Part shown: piece after piece, positions 8,390-19,195 of the stretch
Numbering within the stretch: the first letter of the stretch is position 1
Layout: each line of letters begins with the position of its first letter
Source of the DNA: Gammaproteobacteria bacterium
GTDB lineage: Bacteria > Pseudomonadota > Gammaproteobacteria > CAJXQU01
DNA length: 64,000 bases
Reading direction: 5' to 3'
Assembly: GCA_965238175.1 (NCBI GenBank)
Contig: CBDEGZ010000003.1
Location: forward strand, 704,001 to 768,000
The notes under the pieces: generated by a model
What the model saw: the letters and a program-made list of their open reading frames with translations, nothing else
Databases searched by the model: none
Told to the model about the DNA's origin: nothing
Made by a program: the position numbers and the translations under genes

Positions 8390-8732
8390 TACTTAATCGG
8401 CGATGGGTATGAAATCAATCTTATTTACTCATCGAAAGTTAAATCTTAAGAGTTCTAGATCAACTTATTTAGATATTGCACATAAAAATCATCCGATAAT
8501 TGATAAACTTATTAATAAGCATTAATTTCGAAAAAATATTGGTTTAAAGTCTTAAGTTTCCGAGTATGTTGTTTATCAAGATCTAAATACTCAGATCTCA
8601 AAAAAGCACACCATCTTAGGCTAGAGAGTTGGGAAACCAGAGTGAATATGAAAGGGATGAATCAAATCAATGCACCATTTCAGAGGTCGAGTCGACCTTT
8701 TTATATTAGAACTAATAGAAAATATGACAATA

Positions 8733-9176
8733 ATGAAGAATTCTGTAATATTATTTTTGCTAACTTTAGTAGCAGCCTGCGCAACAGGTTCCAAGTTTAT
8801 TGCATCTGAAGATCCAACGGATAGTACTGCTTTAGTTTATATTTACAGACCTTCAAACTTTACAAATGCACTAATAAATCCTGAAATCATAATAGATAAA
8901 AACAACTATGTGAAAATAACAAATGGCGGATATGTATTTACATATCTAGAGGAAGGCGAATATCAAGTGGGTGTGGATTTTGGTGATAAAAAAGGTGAGA
9001 AGGAAAAGTCATTTAAATTTGAAAATGGTAAAACTTATTTCATTAAAGTGACGACAGGAAGAAAAGCTTTAGCATATCCTTACACGCTTGTTTATTTTAA
9101 GCTGGATAACATGGATACGGTATTAGGACAAAGCGAAATAATAGAAACAAGACTGCTGAGTGAAATAAAGCATTAG
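8733..9176 (+). CDS. DUF2846-like lipoprotein
   Basis: Lipobox LVAAC; ALVYIYRP, NGGYV, GKTYFIK motifs. Confidence 0.75.
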   Translation: MKNSVILFLLTLVAACATGSKFIASEDPTDSTALVYIYRPSNFTNALINPEIIIDKNNYVKITNGGYVFTYLEEGEYQVGVDFGDKKGEKEKSFKFENGKTYFIKVTTGRKALAYPYTLVYFKLDNMDTVLGQSEIIETRLLSEIKH

Positions 9177-9341
9177 TTAAAAACACAGTAATGAGCAAGA
9201 GGTCAATTGCATTGATCATGTATCATAACAAAAATGAACAACAACTCTTGATTATTCTAGGGGAGTGATTTTCCTTTTATGATTCTGATAGTTATCGTCA
9301 GCTGAATTCTTTTGGACGTTTGAGGAAATGAATCTTGATCG

Positions 9342-10460
9342 ATGAACATGTGCTTAGATCTGAATTCTAACTGCAAAGCTTTACTTAGCACTCCAAGATA
9401 TATCCATTTCAGTGTACCTGAATATCCGGTCGCTGATATTGTTAAAGAAGCTCTTGAAGGCTATGCGTCGGGTCGTTTTGATATGCAAGCAGAGGTCTTA
9501 CGTTTTTTAGAATCAAAGCCAGAATTTACGGGGAGTAAAAAAGGTAAGGTGACTCACAGCATGGTTAGTCTAATGCTAAGTTATTCTCTTTATGCTGGTT
9601 ATATAACGCATGAGCCGTGGGGTTTAAATTGGATAAAAGCGAAGCATGATCCTCTGATCTCTGTCGAGACTTATGAAAACATACAAAAACGTAAAGAAGG
9701 TGTCCGACAAGCGCCAGCGCGTAAGGATATAAATCAGGATTTTGTCCTTCGTGGGTTTGTGGAGTGTGGGGATTGTAATCAGGTCTTAACGTCTTGCTGG
9801 TCGAAAGGAAAACGTAAAAAATACCCTTACTATTTTTGTTTCACCAAAGGTTGTGAGAGCTATAAAAAATCGATCCCAAGAGCGAAAATAGAAGAGGGCT
9901 TTTCAGAAATCGTTCGTACGTTACAACCTACAAAAAAACTGTTCGATTTGGCAAAAGCGATGTTCAAATACGCATGGGAACAACGAGCACTACAAGCTGA
10001 GTCTTCGCAGGAAAAGATAGAGCAAGATATAGAATCAAACGGGAAACAAATTGAAGGTTTGTTGGACAGAATCATTGATACGAGCAATACAAGTGTGATC
10101 ACGGCTTACGAAAACAAGATTGAAAAATTGGAGAGCAATCAGCGTGTTTTGTACGAGAAACTACAAAAAAAGGCGACTCAAAGCGGAGCCATGGAAGAAT
10201 TTTTCGAACACGCTATGCAGTTTCTCGCAAACCCTTGGAAACTATGGGAAAAAGGTGACTTTATGATGAAGAAGGTAGTACTGAGATTGGCCTTTTCAGA
10301 GCGAATTGCTTATTGCCGTGAAAATGGGTTTCGAACACCTGAAACTGCTTTACCTTTCAAGGTGTTAGAGGGTTTTTCGGGGGTAACGAAAGGAATGGTG
10401 GGCCGTATAGGATTCGAACCTATGACAAATGGATTAAAAGTCCACTGCTCTACCAGCTGA
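9342..10460 (+). pseudogene. Large serine recombinase lacking the N-terminal catalytic domain
   Basis: Recombinase domain (YAGYI..HDPLIS), zinc ribbon (LRGFVECGDC..YPYYFC..C) and coiled coil; reads antisense into the tRNA. Confidence 0.8.
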
Positions 10461-10471
10461 GCTAACGGCCC
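10396..10471 (-). tRNA. tRNA-Lys(UUU)
   Basis: GGGCCGTTAGCTCAGCTGGTAGAGCAGTGGACTTTTAATCCA...GGTTCGAATCC...CGGCCCACCA, 76 nt. Confidence 0.97.
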
Positions 10472-10615
10472 ATCTTTCGAGCCGAGGATATTACAGTAAT
10501 GTTTGTTTAAATTAAATACCGAAATCACAAGGAATTGAGATTCTTTTCGTTTAGACACTTGATTTTTCTCAATATGCGATTATGTTTGTGCGGCTGATAT
10601 TATTGAGAGTAGAAA

Positions 10616-10948
10616 ATGCCGATTTACGAGTATCAATGTGAAAAGTGTGGACATCAGTTGGAAAAGATCCAAAAGATGAGTGATGATCCACTAAAAACAT
10701 GTCCCGAATGTGATGAGTCCTCACTTCGAAAGTTGGTCTCTGCTGCAGCCTTTAAGTTGAAGGGGACAGGTTGGTATGAGACTGATTTTAAAGATAATTC
10801 TTCGAAAAAAGCTGACGCCAATACGAGTGGGAAGTCATCCGAGAAGGTGGTTGATAAGAAGGAATCTGCTACGAAAGCCGAATCAAAAAAGGAAGTGAAG
10901 AAAGATAAGAAATCGACTTCGAATTCGAAGCCTGTATCTGATAAGTGA
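10616..10948 (+). CDS. FmdB family zinc-ribbon protein
   Basis: MPIYEYQCEKCG...CPEC...FKLKGTGWYETDF; usual position upstream of aspS. Confidence 0.9.
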   Translation: MPIYEYQCEKCGHQLEKIQKMSDDPLKTCPECDESSLRKLVSAAAFKLKGTGWYETDFKDNSSKKADANTSGKSSEKVVDKKESATKAESKKEVKKDKKSTSNSKPVSDK

Positions 10949-11109
10949 TCAGTATTTGATTAGGTATAGCCCTATAAGGGCTTGAACGTAATACCTATAA
11001 TTGCACTGAGGCTCTTGCAGTCTTACCATTCTTTGTCTTTAATTACCCTTAAATTAATCATTATTTTAATTAACGTTTTATTAATTGTTCTATTTATTAC
11101 GAGGCCAAA

Positions 11110-12900
11110 ATGCGAACTCATTATTGCGGACATGTAACTGCGTCCGATCTGGATCAAACTGTTGAACTGTGTGGCTGGGTCCACCATCGTCGTGATCACG
11201 GCGGTGTAATTTTTATTGATCTACGTGATCGCGAAGGTCGAGTTCAGATCGTTATTGATCCAGATACGCCTGAAAGTTTCGCGTCCGCTGAGCAGGTCCG
11301 AAATGAATATGTTCTTAAAATTTCTGGCAAGGTGCGCCGTCGCCCAGAAGGTACGGTAAATTCAGAACTTCCTACGGGTGAAATTGAAGTCCTTTGTCAG
11401 AATATTGAGGTGCTTAATTCGTCGGAGACGCCTCCTATCCATGTGGATGATGATAATGTCAATGAAGATTCTCGGCTTAAATACCGATATATGGATCTGC
11501 GTCGTCCGGAGATGCAATCTAATTTGATCCTGCGTGCAAAAGTCAGCAAAGTAATGCGTGCTTATCTTGATGATAATGACTTCATGGAAATTGAAACGCC
11601 GATGCTGACTCGCGCAACGCCTGAAGGTGCACGAGATTACTTGGTGCCAAGTCGAACACATTCGGGAAAATTCTTTGCGTTGCCACAATCTCCTCAACTG
11701 TTTAAACAATTACTGATGATGTCGGGGATGGATCGTTATTATCAGATTGTGCGTTGCTTTCGCGATGAAGATTTACGTGCCGATCGACAACCAGAATTTA
11801 CTCAACTTGATATAGAAACATCGTTCATGGAAGAAGAGGAAATAATGAACGTAATGGAAAACATGGTGATTGCATTATTTGATCAGAGTATTGATACAAC
11901 ATTACCGCAGCCTATACCGAGAATGGAGTATGCAGAGGCGATAAAACGATTTGGTAGTGATCGTCCTGATTTACGAATTCCATTAGAACTGATCGATATT
12001 GCCGATGTTTTGCAGGATGTCGAATTCAAAGTTTTCTCAGGTCCTGCGAAGGATCCTGACGGCCGTGTTGCGGCGATGCGTGCACCGGGTGCAGCTGAAC
12101 TGTCGCGAAAAGTGATCGATGATTACACGGCTTATGTTGCAATATTTGGTGCTAAAGGGTTGGCCTATATCAAGGTCAATGATTTAGCAGCAGGTCGTGA
12201 TGGGTTACAATCACCAATCCTTAAATTTCTTCCTGATGATGCTTTGGAAGTTATTTTAACGAGAACCGGTGCCGAGTCTGGAGATTTGATCTTCTTTGGT
12301 GCTGATAAAGCGAAGATCGTCAATGAAGCTTTGGGTAACCTTCGTGTTCGTCTTGGTCAGGATCTTGATCTAGTGGAAGATGGCTGGCGACCTGTTTGGG
12401 TGACAGATTTCCCTATGTTTGAAAGAAATGATGATGAAAATCGTTGGGAATCATTACATCACCCATTTACTGCGCCAAAAGTGGGCTCCATTGAAAATCT
12501 AAAAAATGATCCAGGTGTTTGTTTGTCTAAAGCATATGATCTGGTGCTTAATGGAACGGAAGTCGGTGGTGGTTCGGTTCGTATACATACTACTGAAATG
12601 CAGCAAACTGTTTTTGAATTGCTAGGTATTGATGAGCAGGAAGCTGAAGACAAGTTTGGATTCCTGTTAAATGCATTGCAATATGGTTGTCCTCCGCATG
12701 GTGGTATGGCTTTTGGACTGGATCGTTTGGTAATGTTGATGTGTGGCGCACCTTCTATTCGTGATGTGATAGCGTTTCCTAAAACTCAAACAGCCGCATG
12801 TCCACTTACAGCTGCACCGACTGAGGCAGGTGAAAGACAGCTCAAAGAACTGGGTATTCGGTTGAGGAAGCCACCAGCAGAAGTTGCGGAAAAAAGTTGA
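11110..12900 (+). CDS. aspS: Aspartate--tRNA ligase
   Basis: [43 protein letters not shown]. Confidence 0.98.
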   Translation: MRTHYCGHVTASDLDQTVELCGWVHHRRDHGGVIFIDLRDREGRVQIVIDPDTPESFASAEQVRNEYVLKISGKVRRRPEGTVNSELPTGEIEVLCQNIEVLNSSETPPIHVDDDNVNEDSRLKYRYMDLRRPEMQSNLILRAKVSKVMRAYLDDNDFMEIETPMLTRATPEGARDYLVPSRTHSGKFFALPQSPQLFKQLLMMSGMDRYYQIVRCFRDEDLRADRQPEFTQLDIETSFMEEEEIMNVMENMVIALFDQSIDTTLPQPIPRMEYAEAIKRFGSDRPDLRIPLELIDIADVLQDVEFKVFSGPAKDPDGRVAAMRAPGAAELSRKVIDDYTAYVAIFGAKGLAYIKVNDLAAGRDGLQSPILKFLPDDALEVILTRTGAESGDLIFFGADKAKIVNEALGNLRVRLGQDLDLVEDGWRPVWVTDFPMFERNDDENRWESLHHPFTAPKVGSIENLKNDPGVCLSKAYDLVLNGTEVGGGSVRIHTTEMQQTVFELLGIDEQEAEDKFGFLLNALQYGCPPHGGMAFGLDRLVMLMCGAPSIRDVIAFPKTQTAACPLTAAPTEAGERQLKELGIRLRKPPAEVAEKS

Positions 12901-13023
12901 TCTAGGGTTAAATATCAAAGTTTAGGTTAGACAAAAAAACAGATGTCCTTAGGCACCTGCTTTTATGTGTGGCCGATTTATAGTGGATATCTATATAATG
13001 TCTGCTAAAGGAAGGATTTAGCA

Positions 13024-14445
13024 GTGAGCAAAACTCGCATATTATTTGTTGACTTGGATAACACGCTGACCCGGTCAGATCTTCTGCTCGAACCACTGTT
13101 ACGTTTGCTGAAAAAAGATCCTGCCATCATTTTTTTATTGCCATTATGGTTGTTTCATGGGCGTGGTTATTTCAAAAAACAACTGTCAGATCGAGCTGAA
13201 TTTGATGTTAGCGAAATTCAATACGATCAAAAAGTACTGGATTATTTAACAGAACAAAGGGATGCTGGCCGAAAAATTGTTCTTGCAACTGCCTCGAACC
13301 AAGCTTTTGCTGATCAGATTGCAAAGCATCTCGGTTTATTTGATCACGTCATAGCATCTTCTGCTGATCATAATACCAAAGGTAAAAATAAACTCGCAGC
13401 AATGAAGCGTTATGCGGGAGGGCAACTTTTTGATTATATTGGTGATAGCCATGCTGATATTCATATATGGGCGCATATTCAAAGTGCGCTTGTTGTTTCA
13501 CCGCAACCCGGTGTTTTGCAGCGCCTAAATAAAGCCTCTATTCCAGTAGAATTACTTAACGCTGCACCTATAAGTGAAGTTTATTTAAAAGCATTACGTC
13601 CGTGGCAGTGGCTTAAAAACAGCCTTATTTTTGTTCCTCTTGTTTTAGCAAAACAGTTATTTGATCCGGCATCAATAGGCGCATGTATCACGGCATTTAT
13701 CGGTTTTTGCCTGATTGCCTCTGCGGGATACCTTGTCAATGATTTGTTAGATTTGGAGTCGGATCGCCGGCATCCACGAAAAAGATATCGTTCACTTGCT
13801 GCTGGTGTTTTGTCGTTATGGAACGTCGTTATTTTGGTAATGGTGTTACTGTTTGCAGGGCTGAGTTTATCGTGGTTTGTTTCTGGTCAGTTAGCACTAC
13901 TTTTGTTGATTTATTTTCTAATGGTGACAGCCTACTCACTAGAACTAAAACAATATGCTTTGGTTGATGTTATTTTGATTGCGGGATTTTATACCGCAAG
14001 AATTCTCGCTGGAGGCTTTGCCGCCGATGTAGAAATTTCATTCTGGCTTTTAGCGTTTTCAATCTTTATATTTTTAAGTCTTGCCTTATTAAAACGATGT
14101 ACCGAGATCAAAATGACGACACGTGACAAGGATGATCTTTTACCCGGAAGAGGTTACTTTGAAAAAGATGAACAAATCTTGTCGGTCATGGGTATTACCA
14201 GCGGTTATCTTTCCGTCGTGGTGATTGCATTCTATATTAATAGTCTGGAAGTAACGACACTCTATAACTCTCCACAGAGTTTGTGGCTTGTTTGTCCGTT
14301 GGTTTTATACTGGATTAGTAGAATGTGGTTAAAAACTAGTCGAAATGAAATGGACGACGATCCTCTGGTTTTTGCAATGCGCGATAAGGTAAGCTGGGGC
14401 ACGAGTATTTTATTGTTCTCTACCATATTACTAGCAACAGTATAA
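13024..14445 (+). CDS. HAD + UbiA-family polyprenyl-phosphate phosphoribosyltransferase
   Basis: DLDNTL HAD motif; LRPWQWLKN, YLVNDLLDLESDRRHPRK, DDDPLVFA. Confidence 0.88.
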   Translation: MSKTRILFVDLDNTLTRSDLLLEPLLRLLKKDPAIIFLLPLWLFHGRGYFKKQLSDRAEFDVSEIQYDQKVLDYLTEQRDAGRKIVLATASNQAFADQIAKHLGLFDHVIASSADHNTKGKNKLAAMKRYAGGQLFDYIGDSHADIHIWAHIQSALVVSPQPGVLQRLNKASIPVELLNAAPISEVYLKALRPWQWLKNSLIFVPLVLAKQLFDPASIGACITAFIGFCLIASAGYLVNDLLDLESDRRHPRKRYRSLAAGVLSLWNVVILVMVLLFAGLSLSWFVSGQLALLLLIYFLMVTAYSLELKQYALVDVILIAGFYTARILAGGFAADVEISFWLLAFSIFIFLSLALLKRCTEIKMTTRDKDDLLPGRGYFEKDEQILSVMGITSGYLSVVVIAFYINSLEVTTLYNSPQSLWLVCPLVLYWISRMWLKTSRNEMDDDPLVFAMRDKVSWGTSILLFSTILLATV

Positions 14446-14506
14446 TGTATCGTAGGAAGGACTAAATAACAGGTCAAATAATAGGCCGAACAATAGGAAG
14501 CGTATA

Positions 14507-15817
14507 TTGAAAAATGATCACACATCTTGGGGTTTAACTGGGCAGAAAAGCAGTAAAATTCATCAAATAAAATGGCGAACTGACAAATTACCAGAAGTAA
14601 AAGATGAAAGTTCATTACTGGCCTATGGTAATGGACGCTCCTATGGAGACTCGTGCCTGAATAAAGAAGGCATGACGCTTGATACAAAAGCATTAAATCA
14701 CCTGATCGCATTTGATGAAAAATCACATATTCTTCGTTGTGAAGGTGGTGTTTTATTAGCTGATATTCTCGAAAATTATGTGTCAAGGGGTTGGTTTATT
14801 CCCGTTACGCCAGGAACTAAATTTGTAACGATTGGGGGCGCTGTCGCCAATGATGTGCATGGTAAAAATCATCACCGTCGTGGTTCATTTGGAAATCATT
14901 TAATCAGACTATGCTTACGCAGATCTGACGGAGAAACGATTGTTTGTTCTCGTACTCAGAACCCGGAATTATTTAGTGCAACGATCGGCGGCCTTGGTTT
15001 AACCGGACTCATCTTATGGGTCGATATGTTATTAATGCCTATAGATTCTTCATCAATGGTTGTTGAAACAACAAGATTTGAAAACTTGGCTCAATTTTTC
15101 GAATTGACGAAAGCTTCTGAGTGGAAGTTTGAATACAACGTTGCCTGGATTGATTGTGCTTCTAGTAATGTTATGGGGCGTGGAATTTTTATGCAAGCAA
15201 ACCATTGTGCAATATCAATGAATGATCATAAAAAAAACAAATCCACACGAACTAAAAGTTTGCCATTTAATTTGCCCAGTTTTGTAGTAAATAATGTAAC
15301 AAGTAAGTTGTTTAATAAAATCTACTACAATGCCCATCCTCCTAGTGTTTTGGAACAGGTAATAGACTATAACAAGTTCTTTTATCCACTAGACAAAATT
15401 GTAAACTGGAATCGTCTGTATGGAAAAAAAGGTTTCTTTCAATATCAGTGTGTTGTGCCGTTCGAAGATGGTAAAGAAACTATTCAAACAATACTTAATG
15501 AAATTGAGAAAAGTGGAATTGTTTCACCATTGGCGGTGATCAAAACGTTTGGTGATATTGAATCAAAAGGGATGATGTCGTTTCCTCGAAAGGGGGTAAC
15601 ACTGGCGATGGATTTTCCGAATAAGGCACCATCGGATTTGAGCCTGTTTGATCGTTTTGATGATTTGGTCGCGGAAGCAGGAGGTGCAGTTTATCCAGCA
15701 AAAGATGCACGTATGAAAGCAGAAAATTTCCGTCGATTTTTCCCTAAGGTAGATGAGTTTGTGGAATATATTGATCCGGCATTTTCATCAAGTTTCTGGC
15801 AAAGGGTGATGGGATGA
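14507..15817 (+). CDS. FAD-binding oxidoreductase, DprE1-like
   Basis: GNGRSYGD, PVTPGTKFVTIGGAVANDVHGKNHH, FFQYQ, YPAKD. Confidence 0.88.
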   Translation: MKNDHTSWGLTGQKSSKIHQIKWRTDKLPEVKDESSLLAYGNGRSYGDSCLNKEGMTLDTKALNHLIAFDEKSHILRCEGGVLLADILENYVSRGWFIPVTPGTKFVTIGGAVANDVHGKNHHRRGSFGNHLIRLCLRRSDGETIVCSRTQNPELFSATIGGLGLTGLILWVDMLLMPIDSSSMVVETTRFENLAQFFELTKASEWKFEYNVAWIDCASSNVMGRGIFMQANHCAISMNDHKKNKSTRTKSLPFNLPSFVVNNVTSKLFNKIYYNAHPPSVLEQVIDYNKFFYPLDKIVNWNRLYGKKGFFQYQCVVPFEDGKETIQTILNEIEKSGIVSPLAVIKTFGDIESKGMMSFPRKGVTLAMDFPNKAPSDLSLFDRFDDLVAEAGGAVYPAKDARMKAENFRRFFPKVDEFVEYIDPAFSSSFWQRVMG

Positions 15818-16551
15818 AGAAATTTTTGATTATCGGTGCTTCATCGGCTATTGCACAGGCAACAGCAAAACTGTTTTGTACAAATAATTCTGAGTTTTAT
15901 TTGGTAGGGCGAAACCGGCAGAAATTAGATATTGTGAAAGATGATTTACTTGCGCGTGGCGCAAACAAAGTCGATATTGATATCTCTGATCCTGTTCGCC
16001 TTGAAGAAAATGAATTCATTATTTTACGGGCTGAATTGTCGTTAGGTGAAATTGATCTGGCATTAATTGCCCATGGCGATCTTCCCGATCAAAAAGAGTG
16101 CGAAATTACAGCAGAAAAAACCGTAAAATCACTTACCATAAATGGTATTAGTGTTATTTCATTAAGTACGATTATTACGCAGGTTTTTGAGAAACAAAAC
16201 AAAGGGACTTTAGTGGTGCTTTCTTCTGTAGCTGGAGATCGAGGTCGTGCGAGTAATTACATATACGGTGCTGCAAAAAGTAGTGTCAGTACTTTTATGC
16301 AAGGACTGAGTCATAGATTGTACGGAACAAATATAAATGCAATTTTGATCAAGCCAGGTTTTGTTGATACCCCCATGACAGAACAATTTGAAAAAGGTCT
16401 ACTTTGGTCTGATCCAGAAGAAATTGCGGAAGGAATAAAAAAAGCGGTTGAGAAGCGTAAAACTGAAGTCTACCTACCCTGGTTCTGGTGGGGAATAATG
16501 GCTGTGATCAAAAATATTCCGAATATTATCTTTAAACGATTATCTCTCTAG
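15814..16551 (+). CDS. Short-chain dehydrogenase, DprE2-like
   Basis: GASSAIA, SSVAGDRGRASNYIYGAAK, KPGFVDTPMT. Confidence 0.88.
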   Translation: MKKFLIIGASSAIAQATAKLFCTNNSEFYLVGRNRQKLDIVKDDLLARGANKVDIDISDPVRLEENEFIILRAELSLGEIDLALIAHGDLPDQKECEITAEKTVKSLTINGISVISLSTIITQVFEKQNKGTLVVLSSVAGDRGRASNYIYGAAKSSVSTFMQGLSHRLYGTNINAILIKPGFVDTPMTEQFEKGLLWSDPEEIAEGIKKAVEKRKTEVYLPWFWWGIMAVIKNIPNIIFKRLSL

Positions 16552-16555
16552 AAAA

Positions 16556-18640
16556 TTAATATCCAATAAGATCCATGGGGTGTGGTTTTGTTAGATCCCA
16601 GGGACTTTCTATTACGAAGGGTTGTGCAAGAAAGTTTAATACATTCTCCGTATTAATTTGATCTTCTAGTAATACTAACGTTGCGATACTTTCTTTTAAA
16701 TTAAGTCTGCGAGCCATTTTTATGGCTTTTTCAATTGAATGAGATGCGGACAGTTTATCACCTGTAGAAAGTTGTGCTGCGGCTAGTGCAACGAGTGCCG
16801 CAATTCTTCCAGAACCTGTTGATGAAGCTAACAATTGTCTTGAGAGATCTAGTGCTTTTTCAGGATTGCGTGATGTTGGTTTGGGGTTTGTGGTAAGTAA
16901 CCAAATCAAGTTTTGTTGTAGCTTGAGATCATTTGGAGAGTAATTGATTAAGCGTTCCAACGTTTCAGAAGCGGTCTGGTATTTTTGATCCGAAAGTTGT
17001 GCGTTATAGAGTAATTTAAGGCCTGTAATCTTTGCTTGAGACGGAATATGACTATTATTTAACCATCGTTCTAGCCATTGCTGAGTGAGGTTGGGTTGTT
17101 TGGTTTTTAGCCCTAAATGTGCCAGTCTGAAGTAAGGGGCTTCATAGTTCTGATCAGCGTTAACGCCACGTACATAGTGTTCTTTAGCCAAATCATACTC
17201 AGCAGATCTTACTTTTTGGTCACCTGCTTCGACATAGGCGTGTGAGATCTTGGTTGCGGTATTTTTACGCATAAATTCAACACTGGCAAAGTCAGTCAAA
17301 GAATTGAATAAGATAAAAGTCAGAGGTAATAGTGCGATAATGAATTTCATCACCTTAGGCAATAAAATCTTATTCCATCGTGTTAAAGCGACAGCAGACA
17401 AGACAAAAATTATTGGTGCGGCAGGTAATCGATAACGAGCTGAATAATGAAATAATACACATGCAATAATTGTTGTTGCTAATATAGCTAGTTCCGGCGT
17501 ATTTCGATGGAAATTTTTGATCAGAATCAAAATACCTAAAAAAGCTAAGCCCATTAACCAAGGTAGTTCAATGGGGCTGAGTTTTGCCCATTGATAAAGA
17601 CCGTGTTCTTGTTCTAGTGAAAGAACGGAAATATTGTCGTAATCCTGGGAGCTTAAAAACCAGTAAAATTTTTTCAGTAGTAATTGCGTACTTTTTAGTG
17701 GTTGATCAAAAATAAAATCGATAGCTTGTTCCTTAAAATAATTATCAATTGTTTTCCAGCTAGCATCTAAACTCTTGGCTTGAATGTATACATTTTTAGC
17801 ATCTTCAAACATGTGCTGTCGATCAGTTCTTATTCCATTGATAGGTGTAATAATACCGGTGGCATTTTTGTTATTTCCTTGTAATAAATTGATGCCCGAA
17901 TTAGCGCTGACGAGAATAAATTCCCCATCGGTTTTATAGTTGTGAAAGGTAACAGGACTGATAATTAAAAGGCCAGACAAGATCCCGACGAAACTATAGA
18001 AAAGTTTTTTTTGTAGTGAAATATTTCCAATAAAAAATAACCACAGAGCATAGCCTATCAATAATAGTTGTGCTGGTGGCCAGGTGAGAACGAGTAAGCC
18101 AATCATCGCTCCGGTAATCATTATTTGAGTTAAAGCTTGGTTTGTTCGATATTGTTCAGGATGATCTGATAATCGTGTCCATAAGAACCAAACTAAGGTG
18201 ATCAAAAATATTTGGATAGAGTCTGCCATGACTCTGGTAAAAGTCATGGTTGGTTCTTCAGCAAAGATAAATAAGCTAGCTGCGATTAATCCTGCACTTT
18301 TTCCAAAGCGTCTTTTTGTGCCTATGGCGAGTAGTAAGATTGATGCTAATCCTAACAAAAGCTGGATCAAATAAACATTAAATAAAGTACCACCTAGCCA
18401 ACGAACAAGCCCTAGTAAATATGGAAAAAGTGGTGCAGACAAGAAAGGTGTTTCTTCGATCCAATTACCTGCTGCTTTAGCGCCAGCCATCACCCAGTAA
18501 ACCCAATCATCTGAAAAGAAAACTTGTGAAAATGGATTATGGTTTAGAAATTCGCAAAGAATAACCGCACGAGTTACAAGCGCGATGGTCATGAGAATAG
18601 TTAAATAGAAAAAAAATGAATGCTTGTTTTTCAAGAACAT
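16556..18640 (-). CDS. GT-C (ArnT/PMT-like) membrane glycosyltransferase with C-terminal TPR-like helices
   Basis: DD..Y motif, APLFPYLLG, NSGINLLQGNN, ARYRLP; many TM segments. Confidence 0.8.
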   Translation of the reverse strand: MFLKNKHSFFFYLTILMTIALVTRAVILCEFLNHNPFSQVFFSDDWVYWVMAGAKAAGNWIEETPFLSAPLFPYLLGLVRWLGGTLFNVYLIQLLLGLASILLLAIGTKRRFGKSAGLIAASLFIFAEEPTMTFTRVMADSIQIFLITLVWFLWTRLSDHPEQYRTNQALTQIMITGAMIGLLVLTWPPAQLLLIGYALWLFFIGNISLQKKLFYSFVGILSGLLIISPVTFHNYKTDGEFILVSANSGINLLQGNNKNATGIITPINGIRTDRQHMFEDAKNVYIQAKSLDASWKTIDNYFKEQAIDFIFDQPLKSTQLLLKKFYWFLSSQDYDNISVLSLEQEHGLYQWAKLSPIELPWLMGLAFLGILILIKNFHRNTPELAILATTIIACVLFHYSARYRLPAAPIIFVLSAVALTRWNKILLPKVMKFIIALLPLTFILFNSLTDFASVEFMRKNTATKISHAYVEAGDQKVRSAEYDLAKEHYVRGVNADQNYEAPYFRLAHLGLKTKQPNLTQQWLERWLNNSHIPSQAKITGLKLLYNAQLSDQKYQTASETLERLINYSPNDLKLQQNLIWLLTTNPKPTSRNPEKALDLSRQLLASSTGSGRIAALVALAAAQLSTGDKLSASHSIEKAIKMARRLNLKESIATLVLLEDQINTENVLNFLAQPFVIESPWDLTKPHPMDLIGY

Positions 18641-18643
18641 TTT

Positions 18644-19195
18644 TTATTTCCACTTATTTAAGAATTCTAGAAAACGTTGTTCAGAAAACGTACCCTTTTC
18701 TAATAATGGAGAAAGATCACCTGAAAACAGAATGGAACCTTTTGTGTTAGTAATGTAGACATGCGGATAACCGTCTACTTCCGGCATACTCGACATGAAT
18801 TTTTTATTCTTATTGGCTTCACTAACGTTTACTTTTAGTAAAATAAAGTGATCGTATAAGGTTTGTTTTACATGTGGATGATCATTAATAAACTGATCGA
18901 GAATATGGCACCACTGACACCAGTCACCACCAATTTCGATCAGCACTTTTCTATTCGTTTGTTTGGCATACAACAATGCATTTTCGCCATCAATAAAAGG
19001 ATCTCTTGAAGGACTGTACTCAATACTATATCGAGGAATAGCGAAAGGATTCATCTCTAATGCGAAAGTCGATATATTTGCAGTAAGGAGAATGATGAAA
19101 AAAAATATTTTTTTTGTGCAAAAAACCATAGCGTTTATTATACGACAATAGTCAATGCTGTAAGGATCCATAAAATTTGGAATAGAGTCCATCAC
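18644..19195 (-). CDS. Thioredoxin family protein (start may be further downstream)
   Basis: GGDWCQWC motif, GYPH cis-Pro loop. Confidence 0.85.
   Translation of the reverse strand: MMDSIPNFMDPYSIDYCRIINAMVFCTKKIFFFIILLTANISTFALEMNPFAIPRYSIEYSPSRDPFIDGENALLYAKQTNRKVLIEIGGDWCQWCHILDQFINDHPHVKQTLYDHFILLKVNVSEANKNKKFMSSMPEVDGYPHVYITNTKGSILFSGDLSPLLEKGTFSEQRFLEFLNKWK

Noticed and set aside
10310-10558. 82-aa ORF across the tRNA
   Set aside because: Translation of the tRNA-Lys sequence.
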